From positions 1 to 30,802 of the IMG/VR virus record IMGVR_UViG_3300038336_000145: a DNA stretch of 30,802 nucleotides; one strand, 5' to 3'. The notes under the pieces were generated by a model. The model made no database searches, was not told where the DNA came from, and worked only from the letters and a program-made list of their open reading frames with translations. Below are positions 16,824-24,633 of this stretch, piece by piece; the first letter of the stretch is position 1, and every line of letters starts with the position of its first letter. Position numbers and translations under genes: made by a program. The stretch comes from a virus (taxonomy: Duplodnaviria > Caudoviricetes).

Positions 16824-17699
16824 ATGCCCGAAATGCCGGACCTCTCCTTTGCCCTGGGCCTGCCGCCCGAGCAGGCCATCGCCTACTTCGAGACCAAGGG
16901 CTACACACTCTCCTGGGCCTGGCGCGAGGTCTGGCAGGAGGCCCATGTGCGCGCCTTCACCGTGGCGGGCGTGCTGAAGCTGGATGTGCTCACGGACATC
17001 CGCACGGGCATTGAACAGGCGTTGAAGCAGGGCAAAACGCTCTCCCAATTCGAGCGCGAGCTGGAGCCGCTCTTGAAGCGGCGCGGCTGGCTGGGCAAGG
17101 GCGAGATCCGCGACGCGCTGACCGGCGAGGTGGCGGGCCGCCGCCTGGCCCCGCACCGCCTGGCCACCATCTACCGCACCAACATGCAGACCAGCTACAT
17201 GGCCGGGCGCTACAAGCGCTTTGCGGAGAACGCGGCGGCCCGGCCCTATTGGGAGTACGTGGCCGTCATGGACAGCCGCACCCGGCCGGAGCACGCGGCC
17301 CTGAATGGCCTGGTGTTCCCGGCGGGCGACAGCTTCTGGCAGTCGTACTGGCCGCCCAACGGCTGGCGTTGCCGTTGCCGCGTCTCAGCCCTCACGCACG
17401 GGGAGGCCCACGCCGGGGGGCGCACCGTGCAGGACTCCGCCGGGCGCATCACCGAGAAGGAAGTGCCCACGGGCCGCCCACGGCCAGGCCAGCCCATGCC
17501 CACGGCACCACCCATGGCTAAGGTGGCCCGGTTCGAGGCCCGGCCCGGCCTGTTCGTTTCGCCGGACGCTGGCTTTTCGTACAACCCCGGCCAGGCCGGG
17601 GCAGGCATGCAGGAAATGGTGGTGCGCAAGCTGGCCCAGGCCCCGCCGGACCTAGCTGCCCAGGCCGCGCGCGAGCTGCGCAAAGGCAAGGGCTCATGA
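16824..17699 (+). CDS. Head morphogenesis protein (Mu gpF / gp30 family)
   Basis: AIAYFETK, AFTVAG, RLATIYRTN, DSRTRPEH, PPNGWRCRC motifs. Confidence 0.93.
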   Translation: MPEMPDLSFALGLPPEQAIAYFETKGYTLSWAWREVWQEAHVRAFTVAGVLKLDVLTDIRTGIEQALKQGKTLSQFERELEPLLKRRGWLGKGEIRDALTGEVAGRRLAPHRLATIYRTNMQTSYMAGRYKRFAENAAARPYWEYVAVMDSRTRPEHAALNGLVFPAGDSFWQSYWPPNGWRCRCRVSALTHGEAHAGGRTVQDSAGRITEKEVPTGRPRPGQPMPTAPPMAKVARFEARPGLFVSPDAGFSYNPGQAGAGMQEMVVRKLAQAPPDLAAQAARELRKGKGS

Positions 17700-18208
17700 T
17701 TGATCTGAAGATCGACGCCGAGCGCACCCTGCACGCAATGGAGATGCTGCGCGTGAGCTGCCTGGAGGCCTCCCCGGCCATGCGGGCCATAGCGGGAGAC
17801 ATGGAGCGTGCGGTGGAGCGGAACTTCCACAGCGAAGGCCGCCCGGCCTGGCTGGGGCTCGCTCCCGGCACCATTGCCTCGCGCATGCGCACCGGCACCT
17901 GGCCGGGCAAGATCCTTCAGCGCACCGGCCAGCTGGCGGCCAGCATCGAGAGCCGCGCGGACGCCACCAGCGCCACCGTGGGCACCAACCTGGTCTATGC
18001 CGCCATTCAGCAGCTGGGCGGCACCACCCGCGCGCACACCATCACCGCGCGCAAGGGCAAGGCCCTGGCCTTTGGTGGCATCTGCCGCCGCTCGGTCCAC
18101 CACCCTGGCTCCAAGATCCCGGCCCGGCCCTTCCTGGCCCTGGACGTGGACGACGAGCGGCAGATTATGGAGTCGGTGCTGCTATTCCTAACTGGCAGAC
18201 TGGGGTAA
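17696..18208 (+). CDS. Virion morphogenesis protein (Mu gpG / gp31 family)
   Basis: KILQRTGQLAASI, VGTNLVYAAIQQLGG, IPARPFL motifs. Confidence 0.92.
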   Translation: MIDLKIDAERTLHAMEMLRVSCLEASPAMRAIAGDMERAVERNFHSEGRPAWLGLAPGTIASRMRTGTWPGKILQRTGQLAASIESRADATSATVGTNLVYAAIQQLGGTTRAHTITARKGKALAFGGICRRSVHHPGSKIPARPFLALDVDDERQIMESVLLFLTGRLG

Positions 18209-18280
18209 GCGCAGCATTTCACGCTTCTTGCCTTCCCCTCGGATTTCCCGCAAAGATACCTATACTTGCGTGGCGGTATT
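18116..18280 (+). repeat. Copy 1 of a 165-bp diverged direct repeat (gpG 3' end plus promoter-like block)
   Basis: Aligns without gaps to 20530-20694 (offset 2414 bp). Confidence 0.92.
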
Positions 18281-18314
18281 CCTTGCCCAGCACGTTGATA
18301 CGAATGAGGGGAAC

Positions 18315-20528
18315 ATGACCTGCTGCAAATGTGAAGAGTACAAATGGGGCGATCCTCAACCTGTCGAGTATGTGGACGATGAGGGCAAGGGTTATTGCCT
18401 GTTCCACGCCCCGGCAAACTACAAGATGATCGACGGATGCCCGTATCTCTCAGTTGCCGCGTTCAACACCTTCGTCTTTCATCGCATTGATCAGGTTATT
18501 GCCAAGAACAAGGCGGCTGGCGAAAGCAACCGCTGCAATATGGCAGGCGTCGTGTTCTTGGGTGAAATTTCCTTCAGTGCGTACGATAGCGATAACCCTC
18601 TTCCGCCTATTTTGTTCAGCCACGCAAAGTTTCAGGGAGAGACAAATTTCGGCAACACCACCTTCGGCGAAGAGGTGACATTCGACAAGGTCAAATTCGG
18701 CGAAGAGTCGAATTTCGACAATGCCAAATTCTGCGCTTGGACGAAATTCACCAATGCCACCTTCGGCAAAATGGCGGATTTCACCAATGCCACCTTCGGC
18801 AAAGGGGCGGATTTCGAAAATGCCAAATTAGGCGACGGTGCGCACTTCGACACTGCCACCTTTGACGCATACGCGACCTTTAACAATGCCACCTTTGGCG
18901 AATGGACAACCTTCGACAATGCCACCTTTGGCGAATGGGCAACCTTCGACAATGCCACCTTTGGCGATTGGGCGTCCTTCGAGAAGGCCAAATTCGGCAG
19001 TATGGCGAGATTTGACAAGGCCACCTTTGTTGAAAAGGTGAGATTTTCCAAAACCACCTTTGGGAACCAGACGCTATTCAGTAATGTGGCATTTAAAGGC
19101 CTGGCGACATTTGGCGATGCCATCTTCGGCGATGAGGTGAGTTTTTGCAGAACGAACTTCAGCGAAAGGGCGATCTTCGACAATGCCACCTTCGGCGAAA
19201 AGGTGATATTCGAAAAGGCCAAATTCGGCGAAGAATCGAGTTTTGACGATGCCAAATTCGGCGCACGTGCGAGATTCACCAATACCACCTTCGGCAACAT
19301 GGTGACATTTAACAAAGCCACTTTCGGCAACAAGGCGACATTCAACAAGGCCAAATTCGGCGAATGGGCGAAATTCCAGAAGGCCTCCTTCGGCAAAGAG
19401 GTGAGATTCGAAAATGCCGAATTCAGCGTAATGGCGAACTTCTGCTATGCCATTTGGGGCGAAGGGGCGAAATTCGACAATGCCATCTTTGGCGAAGGGT
19501 CGGAATTTTGCAACGCCACCTTCGGCGAGCGGTCGGCATTCTATAAAACCACCTTCGGCAAATGGGCGACCTTCGCCAATGCCATCTTCGGCGAAGGGAC
19601 GACATTCGACAATGCCCTCGTTGGTGCCGAAACGGATTTCAAGGCAGCTGAATTCAAGGGCCGAACAACCTTTCAACAGACCACATTTGGGCACGGAGTA
19701 GACTTCGGAACGGCCATCTTCAAGGGCGTGCCGGACTTTGGAGCGGCCAACTTCACCGGCAGCTCCTCTTTTCGCGAGGCCAGATTCGTACGCAACGCCA
19801 AATTCACTCGGACCCTCTTCGCTGGGGAAGCGGATTTCCAAGAGGTCAAGACAAAGGAGAAGGCCCTTCGGCTGCATGCGCTTCAAGCCGCGTCCTTAGC
19901 CAACCTTTCGTTCACCAGTCTGGAAACGGACCTCTTTTCGTTCAAAGGCTGCGACTGGCCTGAAAAGCTTTTGCCGGAAGCGGATGGACTCCAAAGCGGC
20001 CAGGACTGCAAGGGGCTTTACCGCGATGACAAGGCCTGCGAGGAACTGTACCGAAGCCTGAAGCAAAAGGCCGCTGCCGAACACGATCAGCCAATGACCT
20101 CCTGGTGGCACTACCGGGAAAAGCTGATGAAGTTGGCAGGGGTAAAAAGCAGATACCCATATATCTGGCATCTCCATTGGCTAGGCTTGTACTGGCGGCT
20201 TTGCGGGTTTGGGGAGCGCTGGGTGCCGCCGCTGAAGGCGTTTGGAGGAATGCTTCTGTTCTGTCTGTTGCTACTAGGAATGGGGGGGGTCCAGAGCGAA
20301 ACATACGCCATTCACGGACCTGCCTGGCCAACCTGGGAGAACATCCAGAACTTTGGCTCCGTCTGCCTGTCCCTGCTCAAGTACCTCCTGCTCATCAAGG
20401 AGGAGGCCATCACATTCAAGCCGATCTACGGAGCAGCGGAATTCTTCATCCTCCTCTTCACCCGCCTAGTCATCCCCATTCAGGCCGCGTTTTTCGCCAT
20501 CGCGCTGAGGAATGCGTACCGGAGGTAG
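18315..20528 (+). CDS. Pentapeptide-repeat-type protein with N-terminal Cys/His motif and C-terminal membrane domain, 737 aa
   Basis: About 37 consecutive 11-aa repeats; CCKC..YCLFH; C-terminal GFGER, TM helices and ALRNAYRR end; GAGG RBS before ATG 18315. Confidence 0.88.
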   Translation: MTCCKCEEYKWGDPQPVEYVDDEGKGYCLFHAPANYKMIDGCPYLSVAAFNTFVFHRIDQVIAKNKAAGESNRCNMAGVVFLGEISFSAYDSDNPLPPILFSHAKFQGETNFGNTTFGEEVTFDKVKFGEESNFDNAKFCAWTKFTNATFGKMADFTNATFGKGADFENAKLGDGAHFDTATFDAYATFNNATFGEWTTFDNATFGEWATFDNATFGDWASFEKAKFGSMARFDKATFVEKVRFSKTTFGNQTLFSNVAFKGLATFGDAIFGDEVSFCRTNFSERAIFDNATFGEKVIFEKAKFGEESSFDDAKFGARARFTNTTFGNMVTFNKATFGNKATFNKAKFGEWAKFQKASFGKEVRFENAEFSVMANFCYAIWGEGAKFDNAIFGEGSEFCNATFGERSAFYKTTFGKWATFANAIFGEGTTFDNALVGAETDFKAAEFKGRTTFQQTTFGHGVDFGTAIFKGVPDFGAANFTGSSSFREARFVRNAKFTRTLFAGEADFQEVKTKEKALRLHALQAASLANLSFTSLETDLFSFKGCDWPEKLLPEADGLQSGQDCKGLYRDDKACEELYRSLKQKAAAEHDQPMTSWWHYREKLMKLAGVKSRYPYIWHLHWLGLYWRLCGFGERWVPPLKAFGGMLLFCLLLLGMGGVQSETYAIHGPAWPTWENIQNFGSVCLSLLKYLLLIKEEAITFKPIYGAAEFFILLFTRLVIPIQAAFFAIALRNAYRR
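18609..19829 (+). repeat. Intragenic 33-bp (11-aa) tandem repeat array, about 37 units
   Basis: Consensus A-x-F-D-N-A-T-F-G-E-x; near-identical adjacent DNA units around 18880-18970. Confidence 0.92.
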
Positions 20529-20529
20529 C

Positions 20530-20694
20530 ATTCCGGCCCGGCCGTACCTGGCCCTCGACGTGAGCGACGAGCGGCAGATCCAGGCTTCGGTGATTGCCTT
20601 CCTGACCGGGCGGATGGAGTAGACTCGGCCATTTTTGACTCTTGCCTTCCTCTCGAATTTACCGCAAGGATACGTATACTCACGTGGTGGTATT
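20530..20694 (+). pseudogene. Copy 2 of the 165-bp repeat: orphan 3' fragment of a second gpG allele plus promoter-like block
   Basis: Reads IPARPYLALDVSDERQIQASVIAFLTGRME* versus IPARPFLALDVDDERQIMESVLLFLTGRLG* (22/30 aa identical); downstream 54-nt block 46/54 identical. Confidence 0.92.
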
Positions 20695-20765
20695 GGCTAT
20701 GGACAGAACGCCGACGCTTTGAGATGAACACTAGCTCTGTACAATTTCCTGGTAGGCGTTTACAA

Positions 20766-20794
20766 TTGATTGCAAAAATATCAAGCAAGACAAT
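20766..20794 (+). promoter_or_regulatory. Candidate sigma70 promoter of the lipoprotein gene
   Basis: TTGATT-N17-GACAAT, 23 nt upstream of ATG 20818. Confidence 0.5.
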
Positions 20795-20817
20795 AAAGAG
20801 CTGGCGGAGGAAACGTC

Positions 20818-21624
20818 ATGAAAAAGGTTGCTGCTATTATCGCGATGTTGACCATTGCAGTGTTGGTCAGCGGATGTGCCTCAACATACAATGAAGCAGG
20901 CAAAAAGATTGCCTATCTGCCAGGTAAAGTTGGCTTGGGAAGTACCAAGCTTGAGGTCTTCAATACTTACGGTCATCCTTCCGCTCAAAGGCAACTCGGC
21001 GAACTATATATTTATGACTACAATTACACAATTGGTCAGGCGAAGCATGATAGGCTAATCGCACAGGGGACCGCAGCATTATTTACCATGGGCATTTCAA
21101 ATCTTTTTGTTGACCATGGTGTTAATCAGAGTGATTTCAAGGAAGACTATCAGGAGCTTCAATTTATTTTTGACAACAACAGTAAAGTTGTAGATTTTCA
21201 CTATCACGATAGCCAGGGAAACGGCAATGATGAAAGCGAGACCATTTACCTAAAAGCAGTAGCCGCTGTAATAAGCGGCAACATGCAGGAAGGCATTATT
21301 CTTGCGAGACGTTCTGTTGAATCCAACCAGAACAATCATCGTTCTCTCAACTTTTTGGCCTGGTATCTGGTTGACATGGGAATTAATCCCAAGGAAGGTG
21401 TTAGCCTGGCTGAACGAGCAGTAAAACTTTGGTCTTATGAACCAAATTATTGGGACACTCTTGGTACTGCTCAAGCCAAAGTTGGTGATTTCGTCGGGGC
21501 TAAGGAAAGCCTGGAGCAAGCCATGAAACTTTATCCAGTTTACATGCCAGGCTACAACTATGCTCACACTAAAACTATATACGAGCAAGTGAGTCAGCAG
21601 TTGACTGCCAAGAAGAAAATGTAG
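20818..21624 (+). CDS. Accessory lipoprotein with SmpA/BamE-like N-terminal region and C-terminal TPR repeats, 268 aa
   Basis: MKK signal plus lipobox LVSG-C; GSTKLEVFNTYGHP..YDY and LQFIFDNNSKVVD; TPR-like LNFLAWYL..AERAVKL..YWDTLG..A..SLEQAMKLYP; AT-rich; GGAGG RBS. Confidence 0.85.
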   Translation: MKKVAAIIAMLTIAVLVSGCASTYNEAGKKIAYLPGKVGLGSTKLEVFNTYGHPSAQRQLGELYIYDYNYTIGQAKHDRLIAQGTAALFTMGISNLFVDHGVNQSDFKEDYQELQFIFDNNSKVVDFHYHDSQGNGNDESETIYLKAVAAVISGNMQEGIILARRSVESNQNNHRSLNFLAWYLVDMGINPKEGVSLAERAVKLWSYEPNYWDTLGTAQAKVGDFVGAKESLEQAMKLYPVYMPGYNYAHTKTIYEQVSQQLTAKKKM

Positions 21625-21648
21625 TCCTCAAGACAAAAAAGTCCGGAT

Positions 21649-21920
21649 TATCCAATGACCAGTGGTTTCGGCGAAATGGAAAAGCGAAGAAGCTTGCCTT
21701 TTTGGTAATCTTGCCGCTGGGGCACAATATGATTCCCTCGCCTTTCGATGCCATTTCGCATAGCGAAGAGTTAATCAAGACGCTTGATTACATTCCGTTC
21801 ACAAATATTTTATCCAGCGGCACTGGCTGGCAGCGCCTTGGTCAAGGCGTGAGTCAGCTTTTGATTGCTCTTCAGGCAACCATCTTCGCCTTCGCCCTTC
21901 GCAACCGCTTCAGGCGCTAA
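21649..21920 (+). pseudogene. Frameshifted 3' remnant of a second pentapeptide/membrane-domain gene
   Basis: SGFGE at 21661-21675 (cf. CGFGER), then in another frame ..LLIALQATIFAFALRNRFRR* (cf. LVIPIQAAFFAIALRNAYRR*). Confidence 0.8.
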
Positions 21921-22106
21921 CGGAAGGCTTCCGGGCATGAGGGCTAGCGAAATCCATTAAACACTAGATTAAACGCATCCTGGCGCGCGTGGGGGGCAAG
22001 TCTACCGCGCGACACCACCCCGCCGGGAGGGGGATTGCCAACGCCGCCGGTTTCGGCATACCCTCGATGCACCACCTAACCACCACCTCCCCCCGCAGAA
22101 CCTAGC

Positions 22107-22154
22107 CCCCGGACACCTGTCCGCGTTATGTCTCGCCCTCGCTTCGGCGAGGAT
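22107..22154 (+). promoter_or_regulatory. Late promoter of the head operon (same motif as 11171-11192)
   Basis: CCCCGGACACCTGTCCGCGTTA with palindrome GGACA-N2-TGTCC; GAGGAT 20 nt downstream. Confidence 0.75.
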
Positions 22155-22160
22155 GCGGGC

Positions 22161-23306
22161 ATGAAGACACCCGCCCCCATCCACATCTTCCGGCCCGGCA
22201 CGCAGACGGACGTGAGCGGCACCACGCTGGCGTTCACCGAGGCCATGCTGGAAGCATCGGCAAAGGCCTACGACCCGGCCCTGCACGAAGCGCCCCTCGT
22301 GGTGGGCCACCCCCAAACCGACGCCCCGGCCTATGGCTGGGTGCAAGCCCTCGCCTTTTCCCAATCCGGCCTGGCCGCCAGCCCCCACCAGGTGGACCCC
22401 GAGTTCGCCGAGCTGGTGCGCGCGGGCCGCTTCAAGAAGATCTCCGCCTCGTTCTACACCCCCGACTCCCCGCAGAACCCCGTTCCCGGCGTGTTCTACC
22501 TGCGCCATGTGGGCTTTCTCGGCGCGGCCGCCCCGGCAGTGAAGGGTCTCAAGCCCGTGGCCTTCGCCGCTGGCGAGGAGGGCGTGGTGGAGTTCGCCAC
22601 CTTTGGCGAGGGCGACGCCTGGGCCGAACGGCAGAACGCCAATCTGTGGCGCAGTTTCCGCGAGTGGCTCGCCAGCCAGTTCGGCCAGGACGCAGCCGAC
22701 CAGGCGTTGCCCCAGAACCATCTTGCACAACCCGCGTTCGCCGAGGGCGCGGCCAAACCAAAGTCCAAGGAGGACGACGTGGATCAGAAGGAACTTGATG
22801 CCGCGAGGGCCAAGCTCGTGGAAGAGCGGGCCGCACTGGACAAGGACAAGGCGGACTTCGCCGAAACCAAGGCCAAGGCCGACCAGGCTGTTCTGCTCGT
22901 GACCCACGAGCAGCACCTGGCCTTTGCCGAGGGTCTGGTCAAGGAGGGCAAGCTGCTGCCCGCCAACAAGCTGGCCACCGTGGCCCTGCTGGACAACCTG
23001 GCCGCCACCGGCGCGAGCCTGGAGTTTGCCGAGGAAGGCGGCACCAAGACCAGCAAGCCCGCGCTCCAGAGCATGAAGGACATGCTGCAAAGCGCGCCCA
23101 AGCTGGTGGACTTCACCGAGCGCGCCACCGGCGACCCGAACGCTCTTGCGTCCGGTGGGGGCAGCGTCAGCTTCGCCGCGCCCCAGGGCTTCACCGTGGA
23201 CGCGACCGGGCTGGAGCTGCACACCAAGGCCCTGGCCTACCAGGCCGCGCACCAGGGCGTGGACTACATCACGGCTGTGACGGCCGTCAGCGCAGGAGGC
23301 AAGTAA
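22161..23306 (+). CDS. Prohead protease/scaffold (Mu gpI-like)
   Basis: IHIFRPG, EAPLVVGHP, APAYGWV, FKKISASFY, YLRHVGFLGA..PAVKGL; start trimmed to 22161. Confidence 0.9.
   Translation: MKTPAPIHIFRPGTQTDVSGTTLAFTEAMLEASAKAYDPALHEAPLVVGHPQTDAPAYGWVQALAFSQSGLAASPHQVDPEFAELVRAGRFKKISASFYTPDSPQNPVPGVFYLRHVGFLGAAAPAVKGLKPVAFAAGEEGVVEFATFGEGDAWAERQNANLWRSFREWLASQFGQDAADQALPQNHLAQPAFAEGAAKPKSKEDDVDQKELDAARAKLVEERAALDKDKADFAETKAKADQAVLLVTHEQHLAFAEGLVKEGKLLPANKLATVALLDNLAATGASLEFAEEGGTKTSKPALQSMKDMLQSAPKLVDFTERATGDPNALASGGGSVSFAAPQGFTVDATGLELHTKALAYQAAHQGVDYITAVTAVSAGGK
22779..23306 (+). CDS. Scaffold protein (gpZ-like) from an in-frame internal start, 175 aa
   Basis: AAGGAGG SD followed 5 nt later by an in-frame GTG; coiled-coil sequence follows; parallels Mu I/Z. 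Confidence 0.65.
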   Translation: MDQKELDAARAKLVEERAALDKDKADFAETKAKADQAVLLVTHEQHLAFAEGLVKEGKLLPANKLATVALLDNLAATGASLEFAEEGGTKTSKPALQSMKDMLQSAPKLVDFTERATGDPNALASGGGSVSFAAPQGFTVDATGLELHTKALAYQAAHQGVDYITAVTAVSAGGK

Positions 23307-23307
23307 C

Positions 23308-23646
23308 ATGGGCCAGCTGAACATCCCCATTCTCACCCTGTCTGTGCTGGCCACCGGCACCATCACCGCGCGGCGCTTCACCACCGCAGCCGGTGCCCAG
23401 GCCGGGGCCGGGGCCAACGCCCTGGGCGTGAGCGAGTATTCCGGCGTGACGGGCGACATGATCCCCGTCACCGCGCTGGGTACCTCCATCGTGGAGGCCG
23501 GGGCCGCCTTTGACGCCGGGGTCGAACTGGAGGCCGACGCCACCGGCCGCGCCATCCTCAAGACCACCGGCAAGACCCTGGCCCGCGCCCTCCAGGCCGC
23601 CACCCAGGCCGGAGACTTCGTCGAAGTCTTCCACATCCCCAACTAG
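23308..23646 (+). CDS. Capsid decoration/cement protein (DUF2190-like)
   Basis: Gly/Ala-rich 112 aa; DATGRAI..ARALQAA..AGDFVEV; lies between scaffold and capsid genes. Confidence 0.8.
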   Translation: MGQLNIPILTLSVLATGTITARRFTTAAGAQAGAGANALGVSEYSGVTGDMIPVTALGTSIVEAGAAFDAGVELEADATGRAILKTTGKTLARALQAATQAGDFVEVFHIPN

Positions 23647-23673
23647 CCAGGCCCGCAAGGAGGCTCAATACAC

Positions 23674-24600
23674 ATGAACATGAATCCCACCCAGGTGCGG
23701 GTCGTCGATCCCATCCTGACCACCGTGGTCCAGGGCTACAAAAACCAGGAGTTCGTGGGCAGCACCCTGTTTCCGTCCGTGCCGGTGACTGTCTCCGGCG
23801 GCAAGATCATCGAGTTCGGCAAGGAGCACTTCCTGGCCTACAACACCCGCCGCGCGCCCGGCGGCGACGTCAAGCGCATCACCTTCGGCTACGCAGGCAA
23901 GCCCTACTCGCTGGAGAACCACGCCCTGGACGCCTCCGTGCCGCGTGAGCACATGCGCGACGCCAGCAAAATTCCGGGCATCAACCTGGGCACGCGGGCC
24001 GTGAACCTGACCATGCGCGTGCTGACCCTGTCGCTGGAGCTGGAGCAGGCGGAGCTGGCCACCAACGCCGCGCTGTACGGCGTGAACAACAAGATCACCC
24101 TGTCCGGCACGGACAAGTTCAGCGACGACACCTCCGACATCTTCGGCACCTTCGACGACGCCAAGGAGGCCGTGCGTTCGGCCTGCGGCATGTACCCCAA
24201 CGTGGCGATCTTCGGTCCCAAGGCCTTCAAGGCGGCCAAGCGCCACGCCAAGGTGGTGGACCGCTTCAAGTACACCAGCAAGGAATCCATCACCGCCGAC
24301 ATGCTGGCCGGTCAGCTCGACCTGGAGAAGGTCGTGGTGGGCAAGGCCGTGAAGGCCTCGGACGCCGGGGTCATGAGCGACGTGTGGGGCAACTACATCG
24401 TTCTGGGCTACGTGCCGAGCCAGGCCTCGCAGATGGAGGAGCCCTCCTACGGCTACACCTACACCCTGGAAGGCCACCCCATGGTGGAGACGCCCCGCTA
24501 CAACGACACGGCCCGGAGCTGGCTCTACGGCATGAGCTACGAGCGCGCCCCGGTGCTCTCGGGCATCGCCTCCGGCTTCCTCATCATCAACCCCGACTAG
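23674..24600 (+). CDS. Major capsid protein, 308 aa
   Basis: RVVDPILTTVVQGYKN..LFP.VPV; PN..IFG; PSYGYTY motif; gene position. Confidence 0.9.
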   Translation: MNMNPTQVRVVDPILTTVVQGYKNQEFVGSTLFPSVPVTVSGGKIIEFGKEHFLAYNTRRAPGGDVKRITFGYAGKPYSLENHALDASVPREHMRDASKIPGINLGTRAVNLTMRVLTLSLELEQAELATNAALYGVNNKITLSGTDKFSDDTSDIFGTFDDAKEAVRSACGMYPNVAIFGPKAFKAAKRHAKVVDRFKYTSKESITADMLAGQLDLEKVVVGKAVKASDAGVMSDVWGNYIVLGYVPSQASQMEEPSYGYTYTLEGHPMVETPRYNDTARSWLYGMSYERAPVLSGIASGFLIINPD

Positions 24601-24633
24601 GCCCGGCCTGGCCGAGAACGCGAGGAACACAAC

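Noticed and set aside
18609-19829. 33-bp periodic repeats as a CRISPR array
   Set aside because: The units are contiguous, degenerate, in-frame coding repeats with no unique spacers, and no cas genes are present.
20170-20528. C-terminal domain of the pentapeptide protein as a potassium channel
   Set aside because: The TM layout is loosely channel-like, but there is no TxGYG selectivity filter.
18116-20694. gpG-end repeat pair as a DGR template/variable repeat
   Set aside because: The differences are not confined to adenines, many are synonymous, and no reverse transcriptase gene is in the window.
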